A stretch of 64,000 nt of DNA, taken from the NCBI GenBank assembly GCA_041671325.1, contig JBAZBR010000003.1:132506-196505 (forward strand). The letters run 5' to 3'. The DNA is from Patescibacteria group bacterium. Lineage in GTDB: Bacteria > Patescibacteriota > Patescibacteriia > PEXW01. How positions within the stretch are numbered: the first letter of the stretch is position 1; every line of letters begins with the position of its first letter. A model generated the notes under the pieces. It had not been told where the DNA came from and did not search any database. It was given only the letters and a program-made list of their open reading frames with translations. Positions 28,601 to 39,500 of the stretch are shown here, one piece after another. A program made the position numbers and the translations under genes.

Positions 28601-29437
28601 ATGGATAGATCACAAAAGTTTTGGACGGGTAACTCAGTCAACCCGGTGGCGGAGCATTATCGTCGGGTGATTGAAGACAATCGGCAGAAAGAGGCCGAGT
28701 TGGTGGCTCATGAAGCAGTTCTTGCGGCGCATGGCCCCGAGTTTGCCGCTAAACAAGGACTTCGGTTCCTTGGAACTCGACGGCGTTATCCGGAGGGGAC
28801 GAGGATCGAGAAAGATCCCAGGCTCTCATGGATGACTCCGCCAAAGAGTGTCATCGAACTGGGGTTTGAGGTCGCTCCAGCCGGCACCGCTGGCTGGAGG
28901 GTGCGTGGAAAGCTTGCCCCATGGGTTCAACTGTCGGGCAAGCAATCTTCCGGCTGGATCATCTGGCTGGAAGAAAAGGATATCGCTCGTTTGAGTGAGA
29001 TTTGGAGGAAACCCGATATCCCTCCGGTTGAGGAGCGCTCAGTTCCGCAACCAAACGGAACTCTAACAAATTTTGGAGGGGTATTTCGGGAATGTGGCTA
29101 TTCGAATAATAAAGAATATTTTGTCATAGCCACAGACGGAATCCTCCGGAACCCGGATATAACCACCAAGGATGAGAAGCTGTGGAAGGTGGTAGCGGGT
29201 ACTGACCTGGCGCTCTATCACGCCAAGTCATTTCAGCATGCCGAACATGTTTTTGAAGTTCGGCATTTGCCGGTCGGCGGTTTGACCGAGGCCCAAAAGG
29301 AGACGGTAAACCGTCTGCAAGAGGTGATCGCCGAAAAATGGGAAGGGCGGGTAACTGGAAACCACAATCTAAGCCCTTCCATGGGCGATGGCTGGGGACT
29401 AACGGTCCCGACCTATCGCCGTATTGGAAACCTATAA
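28601..29437 (+). CDS. Hypothetical protein (array ORF7)
   Basis: AGGAGG RBS, 278 aa. Confidence 0.75.
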   Translation: MDRSQKFWTGNSVNPVAEHYRRVIEDNRQKEAELVAHEAVLAAHGPEFAAKQGLRFLGTRRRYPEGTRIEKDPRLSWMTPPKSVIELGFEVAPAGTAGWRVRGKLAPWVQLSGKQSSGWIIWLEEKDIARLSEIWRKPDIPPVEERSVPQPNGTLTNFGGVFRECGYSNNKEYFVIATDGILRNPDITTKDEKLWKVVAGTDLALYHAKSFQHAEHVFEVRHLPVGGLTEAQKETVNRLQEVIAEKWEGRVTGNHNLSPSMGDGWGLTVPTYRRIGNL

Positions 29438-29637
29438 ATTGTTCAATTAAGAGGAGCTCTGCATGCACAATGCATCTCCTCTCTCTTATCCAGTTCTTGA
29501 TTCCATCGAGGATTGAAAAAGAGTTTATCTCCCGAAGCCGGGTCAGGTGTTACGTGTTTTTGTTTATTCAGAAATACGCAACACGTTTTCTCTCCACTGA
29601 CCCGACTTGGAGAGAGAAATTAATTACTATTAAGTCT

Positions 29638-29672
29638 AAAAACGACCGTTTGAAATCAGATGGTCGTTTTTT
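29638..29672 (+). terminator. Intrinsic terminator closing the array
   Basis: aaaaacgaccgtttg-aaat-cagatggtcgttttt. Confidence 0.7.
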
Positions 29673-29747
29673 ATTTGACTTATTTTTGGAATGTAATTAG
29701 GATAATACAAAACAAAAGAAAATCGTGAAACAGAGGAGGTTTGAAAA

Positions 29748-30014
29748 ATGTTTGTTGCCATCTTTATCTTTTTAGGCGCCTTGGGATTTTTAGCTTCATT
29801 TGTTACGACAAATCGAAAAAAGAGAATTGGATTTCTTGTCGCGGGAATGATTTTCTGGGTTTTAAGCGTAGTGTTTGGTTGGCTGCAATATCAGTACGAA
29901 AAGAAACAACCCCAGCGTCATTTTATCGGGGAATATCAGCAAAATGTCGAGCAACATTCCTTTGCTTGGCTAAACTTCGATGGCGTTGAAACCGAACCGA
30001 TGAACAACGCTTGA
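29748..30014 (+). CDS. Small membrane protein
   Basis: GAGGAGG RBS, two TM segments, own TTGACT promoter. Confidence 0.7.
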   Translation: MFVAIFIFLGALGFLASFVTTNRKKRIGFLVAGMIFWVLSVVFGWLQYQYEKKQPQRHFIGEYQQNVEQHSFAWLNFDGVETEPMNNA

Positions 30015-30266
30015 TTCGCCAAATCCTTTCAAAGATATTTTTAAAAAGAGCGGGCTTAACCACCTACTCTTTTTTATTTGACTAAATAAAGCTTAAGGCG
30101 TAGATTAATTTAAAACAAAATGAAATAGAGCAAAGCTTGAAAATAACAGCTATTTTAATTGTTTCACATTTAGGGCTGAAGAGTTTGAAGTCTAAATTGC
30201 TTAGCAAATTCCGAGAGGTAAAAAACCAAGCCGAGAGGCTATACCAGAGATGGAAAGGAGATCTAA

Positions 30267-30677
30267 ATGGAAATAACACGTATTGATTGCGAACGCTTCT
30301 TTAGTGGTTCACAAGAGATCGACCGTAAAAGATTGATTATTGCCTTAGTTCTTTCAACGGTTGAACATATGGCGTGGACTATCAAGAGAAAAAGCCATGG
30401 ATGGAAGAGTGGCCAAAGGATTCTTAGCATTGCGTTTGGCGAGTTAGAATTCGTTTGGGAAGCTGATGATAATTCTGTGTGTGGTCGATTTTACCACAAA
30501 AGACAATATACTAGGTGGTGGGGGTATTCAGGTGAGGTAATTCCGGCTAGTTTAGTCTCGACTATTTACGAGCACCTATCAGAAATAGTTGAAAAAACGG
30601 CAGAGGCATTCCCACGGCTTGGCATCATTGAGCACTTTCAGTTTTTTATGAACCAAGCACCAGCCAAGTCAGTTTAA
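30267..30677 (+). CDS. Hypothetical protein
   Basis: AAGGAG RBS, 136 aa, terminator at about 30699-30731. Confidence 0.7.
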   Translation: MEITRIDCERFFSGSQEIDRKRLIIALVLSTVEHMAWTIKRKSHGWKSGQRILSIAFGELEFVWEADDNSVCGRFYHKRQYTRWWGYSGEVIPASLVSTIYEHLSEIVEKTAEAFPRLGIIEHFQFFMNQAPAKSV

Positions 30678-30748
30678 AATTATATAGTATTTTTTTGAAA
30701 AATCCCGTTCTTACTATGAGAATGGGATTTTGTTATATCTTTTTGTGA

Positions 30749-30802
30749 ATCTCACCCGGTTCCGCCTTGGCGGAGCCGCCCCCTCCTATACAGGAGAGGG
30801 GG
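30749..30802. repeat. Solo right-end palindrome of the DUF559 element family
   Basis: ctcacccgg...ccctcctatacaggagaggg, similar to 32225-32338. Confidence 0.7.
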
Positions 30803-30804
30803 TA

Positions 30805-31797
30805 TTACAATGCAAGTTTTATTAATTTAGTAATTAATTCTTTGTAAGGAATACCAGAAATTTCCCAGAGTTTTGGGTAAAGAGAAATTGGCGTAAAACC
30901 AGGCAAGGTGTTAATTTCATTCAAATAGACTTTTAAATTTCTATCTAATAAAAAATCAACCCTGGCTAAGCCGCGACAGCCAGCTATTTTATATGCCGTT
31001 AGAGCAATAATTTGGATCTCCTTAATTTTTGCTAAAGGCAATTTCGCGGGTAATTCAAAAGATGCATGGTTATCCAAATACTTATCGTTATAATTATAAA
31101 AATCGTTATGCGGAATGACCCGACCTGGCAAGGTAACTTTATAATTTTTTTCAGAATTTCCCAAGACTGAAATTTCGATTTCTTTACAATTCTTGATGGT
31201 TTCTTCGATGACAATTTTATTATCAAACTTTTTGGCCTTATTGATAGCTTTTAATAGCAATCTGTTTGATGCAACTTTGGAAATTCCGACTGAAGAGCCA
31301 GTTCTAGCTGGTTTAACAAAAAGCGGATATTTTAATCTATTAATCTGAGATAGGTTTTTTGATGTTATGTCATTTAAGATAACGAATTTTGGTTTGGGTA
31401 ATCCAGAAGTTGACATTAACTGATTAAATATTCCTTTATCAAGACAAATTGTGGAACTTGGTACATCAGCGCCAACATAAGTGACGCCTAGGGTTTCAAA
31501 AAAGCCCTGGATTGTTCCATCCTCCCCGCCTTTGCCGTGTAAAACCGGAAAAGCCACATCAATCATGGCGGGAATTTTATTCAAATCAGCATTTTTCAAT
31601 TTTGAAAATTGTTTTTTTAAAACTGAATCTAAGGCATTATTGGCCTGCCAGATAATTCCCTTTTTATCAATCCAAAATTCCTGGACTTGGAATTTGGTCC
31701 GATCAATATTCTTAATTATCCCTTGAGCTGACCATAAAGAAACCTGGTGTTCGGGAGATATACTGCCAAAGAAAATGCCAACTTTTATTTTTTTCAT
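30805..31797 (-). CDS. ddl: D-alanine--D-alanine ligase
   Basis: GSISPEHQVS, LHGKGGEDGTIQG, GSSVGI, ARVDF, NEINTLPGFT. Confidence 0.96.
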   Translation of the reverse strand: MKKIKVGIFFGSISPEHQVSLWSAQGIIKNIDRTKFQVQEFWIDKKGIIWQANNALDSVLKKQFSKLKNADLNKIPAMIDVAFPVLHGKGGEDGTIQGFFETLGVTYVGADVPSSTICLDKGIFNQLMSTSGLPKPKFVILNDITSKNLSQINRLKYPLFVKPARTGSSVGISKVASNRLLLKAINKAKKFDNKIVIEETIKNCKEIEISVLGNSEKNYKVTLPGRVIPHNDFYNYNDKYLDNHASFELPAKLPLAKIKEIQIIALTAYKIAGCRGLARVDFLLDRNLKVYLNEINTLPGFTPISLYPKLWEISGIPYKELITKLIKLAL

Positions 31798-31822
31798 AGC
31801 AGAAAAGATACTTATAAATTGT

Positions 31823-32338
31823 TAACCCCCTCTCCCTCTGGGAGAGGGTACGCGAAGCGGGGGTGAGGGTTACTCGGAAATTAATCGACTAATAATTTCC
31901 AAGATATCCTCAGGATTTTTCTGGAGGTCATTGGTCCAGACTCGGACTACTTTATAACCGCATTCCTTGAGATAGGCATCTCTTTGCTTATCCTTGGTTA
32001 TTTGAACTGGATCTGCATGCCCACTGCCATCTAATTCAATGACTAACCGTTTTTCCCGGCAACAAAAATCAGCGATGTACCTACCAACTGGGAATTGTCG
32101 ATGAAACTTTAAGCCAAGAAAGTTTCTATTACGTAAATAAAACCACAATTTCAATTCATGGGGATTTTGCGTCTTTCTAAGCTTGCGAGCTAAAGGTGTT
32201 AATTCTTGTTTCATGCTTGATCAACCTCACCCGGCCTTCCTGCCCGTCACCCGCCCGACAGCTTCGCTTCCGAAGCGGGCGGGTCGCTACGCTCAGGCGT
32301 TGCAGACGGGTGGCCACCCTCTCCTACGAGGAGAGGGG
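31823..32338 (-). mobile_element. Putative DUF559 element with palindromic ends
   Basis: CCCTCTCCC..GGGAGAGGG..GGGTGAGGG ends on both sides; deleted derivative at 47039-47149. Confidence 0.6.
31870..32214 (-). CDS. DUF559 (very-short-patch-like) endonuclease domain protein
   Basis: ARKLRK..E.KLW..LR, KFHRQFPVGRYIADF, IELDGSGH, D..RDAYL. Confidence 0.92.
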   Translation of the reverse strand: MKQELTPLARKLRKTQNPHELKLWFYLRNRNFLGLKFHRQFPVGRYIADFCCREKRLVIELDGSGHADPVQITKDKQRDAYLKECGYKVVRVWTNDLQKNPEDILEIISRLISE

Positions 32339-32343
32339 ATAAA

Positions 32344-32883
32344 TTATTTTATATGTTTTAATCCTTGCACCAAAATCGTGACTTTTCTTTCCCGATCATG
32401 GTCGAGTTCCACCAGCATAATTTGTTGCCAATGGCCTTTGACTAATTTGCCATCTTCGATAATTAAAGTTACCGAGCAATGCAAAAGCATGGCTTGGGCA
32501 TGGGCATGGCCATTAATGCATTCATGGACGATACCGCAGGAATCTGGGGTGCAAAGATGCGTATCTCTTTTGCCACCTGGATTCCGGACATCCCTGACGT
32601 CATTATGTTTGTAATCAGCATCTGGGTGCGCAAAGTTATCCAAGACTTTGGAAAGGTCGTGGATATAGCCCAGTTTTTCCCTGGGGCCGATCAAATTTTT
32701 TTCGTCTTCGTTCACCCAAATGCTGGCAGTGGTGTGGTGGGATTGGATGGTTACTGTTCCGGTAATCACCCCAGTTTTTTTGATGAAAGCCTCAACTTCC
32801 TTGGTTAGGTTCAAAAATTCCTGACGATGGTGGGTCTTGAGGCTTAAATGCTTGGTTTGGGCAAAGGCTGATAATTTTTCCAT
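32344..32883 (-). CDS. YjbQ/UPF0047 family protein
   Basis: HTTASIWVNE, NGHAH, G.WQQIMLVELD..RERKV. Confidence 0.9.
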   Translation of the reverse strand: MEKLSAFAQTKHLSLKTHHRQEFLNLTKEVEAFIKKTGVITGTVTIQSHHTTASIWVNEDEKNLIGPREKLGYIHDLSKVLDNFAHPDADYKHNDVRDVRNPGGKRDTHLCTPDSCGIVHECINGHAHAQAMLLHCSVTLIIEDGKLVKGHWQQIMLVELDHDRERKVTILVQGLKHIK

Positions 32884-33002
32884 AAAATTTAGCTGGCACG
32901 ATGCTTGTATTTACGTGAGATAGATAATACCAAATTGTTATGATTCCGCAAGTTTTATTGATAAACAAACCAGGAACTTGCGTTATTATAAAAAATAAAA
33001 GG

Positions 33003-33114
33003 GTCAACCCCGCACCACTTTCCAAAATAAATCTGAGAATAGTTGTAGAAATTTCTTGCGATAAATATCCATGTTTTTAATAAATATTTTTATGGAAAGT
33101 GGTGCGGGGTTGAC
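33003..33114. repeat. 22-bp perfect inverted repeat with outward TTGAC
   Basis: gtcaaccccgcaccactttcca / tggaaagtggtgcggggttgac. Confidence 0.85.
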
Positions 33115-33179
33115 AATTACTGACAATTTGTTAACTTGTATTATTAAAACAAAGAACCAAAAACAGCAAAGGAGATAGT

Positions 33180-33410
33180 ATGCCAATAATGGACTTAGCA
33201 GCAAGGGAAGCGCCTCTTAAGGCAGAGCTCAATTCAAGGTTTGCCAGAGACAAATATGGAACCAAAGTCGGCGACCTTCTTTGTCCGGGTGGCCACCAAA
33301 ACTTGGTTTTTAGCCATACTAATGGCGAGCAGGGGCATAAGCCAGTTATATTCCTATCCGTAAGATGCGATGAATGCGGATGGGTACACGAGAAGAAAAT
33401 ATGTGAGTAA
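33180..33410 (+). CDS. Small zinc-ribbon-like protein
   Basis: AAGGAG RBS; CPGGH...CDECG. Confidence 0.65.
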   Translation: MPIMDLAAREAPLKAELNSRFARDKYGTKVGDLLCPGGHQNLVFSHTNGEQGHKPVIFLSVRCDECGWVHEKKICE

Positions 33411-33598
33411 AGCTATTTTTTTCAAATAAGCGGGAACCGAAAACCCCGCTTATTTAATTTTATAATAACTGGATTGAGCGATTGATAAAAATGCGGTTTT
33501 TTGGCATAATAAAGATAAGATTTTTGTGAAATAGTTTGGTTTTTTGGAAAAAGACCAAAGAGCGTTGTATATAGGATTTAGCATACAAAAATTAACAA

Positions 33599-36500
33599 AT
33601 GCCAAAAGCTAAAAGAAGAAAATCGAAGAATAAAATAACAAGGACTAAAAAGCTTTTTAATGTTTTTGAATTTTTTAAGCATAATTTAAAGCAATCAGCC
33701 GGCATGGCCGTGATTTTTTTGGTTTTTGGAGTTTGGATGCTTGTGCAGGCGCAAAATCCTGAAGCGCCAATCTACCAGGCCAAGCCAGCGACTTGCTCTG
33801 GTTGGCAGGCACCTGACCAAGCCAAGGCAATTAACCTGATGGCTTCGGCTGGCCGAGAGGATTTTTCTACGGAAAATTCAGCATATATTTCCAATGTAAA
33901 TTTTATTGCTAATCAGAATAATAACGATCTCAAAGTCAATTTAACTGATTCGCAAACCATACTCAGCTGTTCTGGCTTTACCTTGCCAGATAACTTGCCA
34001 AAAAATGGCCGTTTAGTTTCTAATAAATTGATAGTTTCTTTGGCTGCTAATGGCTTTACGGAAAGTGAAGATGTTTTAGTTTTACAATACAGCCTGGATG
34101 GTAAGACTTGGCAAAAAATTGATTCGTTTGCGATCACGGATTCCATCAGCAATGCCACGCATGGTGATTTTTGGCAGGTAGAAATTCCAAATTTTAGCCT
34201 CGACCAAGTTTCCAAGCTACAATTCCGGGCGGATTTCCAAACCTTGCCTTCCGACGAAGTTTCCACGGTCTTGTTTGACGGCGTGAATTTGGAATTGGTC
34301 GTGGATAAGCCGTTATCTGGTAAACCTGCTGATTTATCAAAGGACATCATAAAAATAAACAAGACAACTTTTAATAAGTTTGAAGATCCAGTCATTACTT
34401 TAGAAACTGAAAAAAAATCTAGACTTGATTTTTTGGGCTTTGATGGCACCCAGCGAAAAATTGAAGAAGTGAGCATGATTGATCCAAGTGGCCAGGAAAT
34501 TATCCCAGATTTTGAAACTGACAAGATTGTGCAAGGTTCAAGCACGTATGACGCCTATAAAATAAAAACCCAGAACTATAAACGGCCGGGGAAATACCGA
34601 GTGGAATTTACCGTAATTCAGGATAATAACCAAGATGTAATAACCCGGGAGTTTTATTGGGGGGTTTTAGTAGTGAACTCGGATAAGTCTGTTTATCATC
34701 CGGGTGAAACCGCTTCTATCGGCATGGCGGTTTTGGATAGTTTCGGCAGTACGCTCTGTGATGCCAAGGTCGATTTAAGCGTTGCCGCGCCAAACGGTGA
34801 AGTCAAGACATTTTCAACCGACGATAATAGCGTAGAGAGGTCTGCAAAATGCGGAGCCCATACAGTCACCAATTTGCCGGATTACAGCGCCAAATATGAT
34901 ACTTCTGACGAAGGCGAATATACCCTAACCGTAACTTCAACAACAAAAGAAGGCGTGAATACCATTTCGGACAAGTTTTTCGTCAAACCGATTATTCCTT
35001 TTGACGTGATTCGCGATACGCCGACCCGAATTTATCCGGGCGCTGAATACGATACGAATTTAATTGTCACTCCCCAGCAAGATTATACCGGGACTTTTGA
35101 AGATTTTGTGCCGGATAATTTTAAAATCCTGACGGTCAGTAATTCTGGGAAAACCGAGATATTAAATAACGGTAAAATCAAAATTTTATGGAATGTCGAT
35201 TGGCAGGCGGGCAAGCAATATGTTTTAAGCTACCATTTTGATCCGCCAAAGATAAACCCGGCCATTTTTACGGTCGGGCAATTTAAAAGCGGATCCATTA
35301 ACCAGCAAGGTGAAGTTTTTGAAGAATATCGGCCCTGGCAGATTGCTTTTGACGCCACCTGTACTTCCAAAGCCACAGCTGCCTGGAACGTAGGTACGAC
35401 CTGGAATACCTGTGGGGCCAACGGGCCAGTGGCTGGTGATACCGTTATTTTAGCTTCAGGTTTTGTCGTATCCTGCCCAGCGACGATTACTTGTTCAGCC
35501 GCGACAATTACCGTGAACCAGCCATCCACGAGCAATGGTTTAATGCTGTCGGCCTCGACCAGCCGAGTGACCCTGACCGGCGCTTTGACTATTAATGGTT
35601 CGACTGGATCAAACAGCAAAAACGCTTCGATTGTGGTTGGTGCGGGTACGCTCGACGCGGCCAGTGTTTCCATGGTCACCACGGCTGGAACAAACCGGAA
35701 CGCGATATTAAGCGTCAGCACCGGGACCATTAACATTACTGGCAATATTTCTTTTTCTGGCGTTGCAGCGTTTAACAAATTGACTTTTTCCAGCACCGGT
35801 ACGCTCAACATTGGGGGGACAATTGGCACCGGCGGGACTTTAACGCCTAGCACTGGCACGGTGAATTTTAACGGCGGCGCGGCACAAACCCTGGAAAGCA
35901 CGTACACCTATAACAACGTTACCATTACCAATACTTCCGGCAATGTGGCCACCAACGGCACCACCACCATTAACGGCAATTTAACCATGACTTCCGGCTC
36001 GCTGACTGGTACTGACAATATTACCGTAATAAAGAATGTAGTTTGTGGCGTGACCTGCGGGACAATCAGCCGTACCGGCGGCACCTTTACCCAGCAAGTC
36101 GGCGCCGCGCAAAATTTTGGCACCAATGTGGCCGTGGCCACGGATTGGACTTTCAATGATTTGGTGTTTGACCAGGGCGCGGCCGGATCATTCACCATCA
36201 CCACGTCAGCTACCGGTACGGGCGCGAATATTGTCAACGGAAATTTAAGCACCACCCTAACAACGGGAACCACCTTAACAATAGACAACAATACTAATGA
36301 TCGGATTTTTGACGTGGCTGGCAATTTTACGGTTGGCGCGAATACGGTTTGGAGCTCTTCCAGTGGTACCGCTTTAACTTCTTTTACCATCGGCGGGAGT
36401 TTTGCCAATAATGGGACCTTTACCCACAATAGCGGCACCGTTACTTTTGATTCAGCTGGAACCGGCAATACCGTCAATACCGCAACTTTTTATAATATTA

Positions 36501-39500
36501 TTTTTTATGGCGCTGGCGCTTGGTCCCCGGCGACTGGTTCGACCGTAACTATCGACAACATCATGTATATGTCCAACGGCACCCTAAACAATGATGCCGG
36601 AACAGGGAATATCATAGTCAAAGAGCGAGTGGCATGTATAATCTCTTGCGGAACAATCAATTTAACTTCGAGTTCATCGACTTTTACCCAATCAGTTGCT
36701 TCAAGCGTGAGTTTTGGCACTAACCTGGCAAGTGCCATCAATTGGACTTTTTATAATCTGACCTTTGACAATTCTACGGCCTCTTCTTATACCATAACTA
36801 CATACCCTACGGGCACTGGCCAAATAATCGTGGGCGGCTTGCTGAGTTTGACTACTACGGGTGGCGGAGCATTGATAGTGGATAATTCAACCAATGACAG
36901 GATTTTTGATTTAAATGGCGGGCTGACAATCAGTGCCAGTACCACCTTTCAAGCTTCGGATTTGGATAATTTTACCATTGCGGGCAACCTGGCTAATAGC
37001 GGGACTTTTACGGCTGGTTCTTCAGGCACAGTGACTATAGACGGTACGGGCAATACTTTTACTGGCACCTGGACCGGTGGTTCAGCTTTTTATAATTTGA
37101 AATTCAGCAATGCCAGCGGAGCTTGGTCACCTGGAGTGGCGTTGACCGTGGGCGGTGGGCTGACAATTTCTTCTGGTACTTTAACCATGGCTGCGGTGGC
37201 TTTTACCATAACTGGCGCTACTTCAGTCACGGGCACTATAACCATATCCTCGGCCACTGGCACCAAAACTTTTACGGGTAACATTACGATAAACAATGGC
37301 GGTACTTGGAACAATACTTCAGCAAATGTCGCCTTGAGTTTGGCTGGCAGTTTGCAGAATGACGGGGCTTTTAACGCTGGCACGGGTGTTTACACTTTTA
37401 CTGGCGCCGCGCAAACTTTTAGCGGTGCAAATGCCATAACCATACCCAGTCTGACGGTTTCCGGCACATACACCAATAACGGCACTTTGACCGTAACCAC
37501 GGCTTTAGCTGGGGCTGGCACCTTGACCCAAGGCGCTACTGGCTGGCTGGATGTGGATGTGGCAAATGCCAGTTTTACTTTAAGCAACTATGTTTTTTCT
37601 ACCACCGGCAATACGGTAGATTATGGCTATGCCGACGTGCAAACCATACAGGTCACTACTTATTCCAATTTAAGCTTGTCCGGCAGCGGCGTTAAGACTT
37701 TTACTAATGTATCTGTCTATAATGGCAATTTGACCTTGAGCGGCACGGCTTCGGCCACCATGGGTGGATCAACGGCCTGGACTATTGGCGGCAATATTAC
37801 GGTCAATACTGGTGCGGCGCTGACCCAAAACAATGCGGCCAATTTGACGATTAATGGCGGCAGTTTAACAGCTAACAGCACGGGTACTTTTAGTACGAAT
37901 GAGTTTTGTCTAAACTGCGCCATGATCATTGGGGCGACTGGCAGTATCACTGGAGACGGCGCTATTACCCTTAATGCTTTGGCGACGTTAGGCACAGGTA
38001 CAACAACTATTAATGCTACTAATCTGACGGTTAGGGGCAATGTTACGGTGGGTACTGGCACAACTTTGACGATTGGCGTGTCTTTAAGCCTGGTGGGAAA
38101 TTTAGTTAATACCACAACCGGCATAATAAATTATTCCGGGTTACCCACCCTGACCATGTCCACTGGTACATTAGGCGGGGGTGCCGGTACCATCACTCTT
38201 TATAATCTGACTAAAACCGGCGCCGGCATTCTGAACCTTGCTTCGGCAGTAACTTGCGATAATGATGTCGCAGTTGATGCTGGTACTTTATCCGGCTCGG
38301 TTGATTTGACCGTCACTGGCGGAGATTTGGCTGGCGATGGCATCGTGACCATGACTGGCGGCACTGTCACCATAGTTAACGACGGCACTATCGGGACAAA
38401 TACTGCCGTTGATAAAGACTGGACGTTTTATAATCTTTTTTTGGATATCAGCGGCACTTGCACATTGAAAACCACCGAAAGCAACGCTGGGACTGGAGAC
38501 ATTACGGTCACTTCCGCCCTGACCATAGATTCTTGTTCTGGAGGCGAAGGCACTAATTACCATAGATTTTCTCCCAATACCCGCACCTGGATTTTTTCCG
38601 GTACGGGCACTCCTTTACCCGCCTCGTCAATATCCACAACTGGCTATGGCACGTCCATTGTCAGGTTTACCGGCACTAGTTCGGCCGTGACTGTCGGCGC
38701 TAACAGGTTTTATACTTTGGAATTACAGCCGACTTCGTCAAATAGCTACATATTAAGCAATGGAGTTAATTATTATATTTATGGCAACTTGACTATTTCC
38801 AGTAATGCTAGCCTGACGGCCGGTACATCATCAGTTAATATGTATGGCGCAGGTACTACCCTGGATGGCGGCGGTGCCACGCTTTCCACCTTGAATATTG
38901 ATCCTGATTCACCAGACGGCACGGTCGCAATTGCAAATACGGACGTTACAGTCTCTAACACCCTTATCGTCTGGGATGCGGGCGACACATTATCGATTCC
39001 TTCTGGACGAACAGTGAGCGCTACCGGCGCGTTTGCAATTGTTGGCGCTGTCTCTGGCGCCGGCACCCTGCGCTTTACTAACACTTCAGCAGGTCCTGGC
39101 GCAACCGGTACAATCAGCACCATTGTCCGCTATGACGCCAGTGCCGGGAATATCGCTACGGGCACTTTTGACGCCCGGACCTATGGCGGGGATGTGGAAG
39201 TTTATTCGAATGTCGCGGATACGACCCGCTCCATTGCCATGGCTTCAAGTACGCAAACTATTACTGGCAATTTGAAAATTATCACTGGCGCTGCCCAAAA
39301 TTTAGTTCCCACCTTGGATGTTACTGCCAATCCGACCGTAAACATTACCGGCAATGTTTCCTTCACCAAAGGCGGCGCTGGTACGCCCGCAATTACCTCT
39401 GGCACTGGCGCTTGGACCGTAACCGGCAATGTGGATTTTACCGATGGGACTTATACGGCCACTTCGGGAAACACCTTGACCATGAATGGCACTTCAAATT

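Larger units (their letters stand above)
24179..29525 (+). repeat. Seven dispersed structure-conserved intergenic elements (GCAC-apex stem, pyrimidine tract, second stem)
   Basis: GCAC at 24197, 24737, 25777, 26862, 27749, 28478 and 29465, one after each ORF. Confidence 0.8.

Noticed and set aside
23448-29525. CRISPR array or canonical integron
   Set aside because: Repeats are separated by whole genes, not 30-40 bp spacers; no cas genes, no tyrosine integrase, no consistent attC core ends.
33012-33018. GCACCAC in the 33-kb inverted repeat matching the att core
   Set aside because: A 7-9 bp match is expected by chance and flanking att arms are absent.
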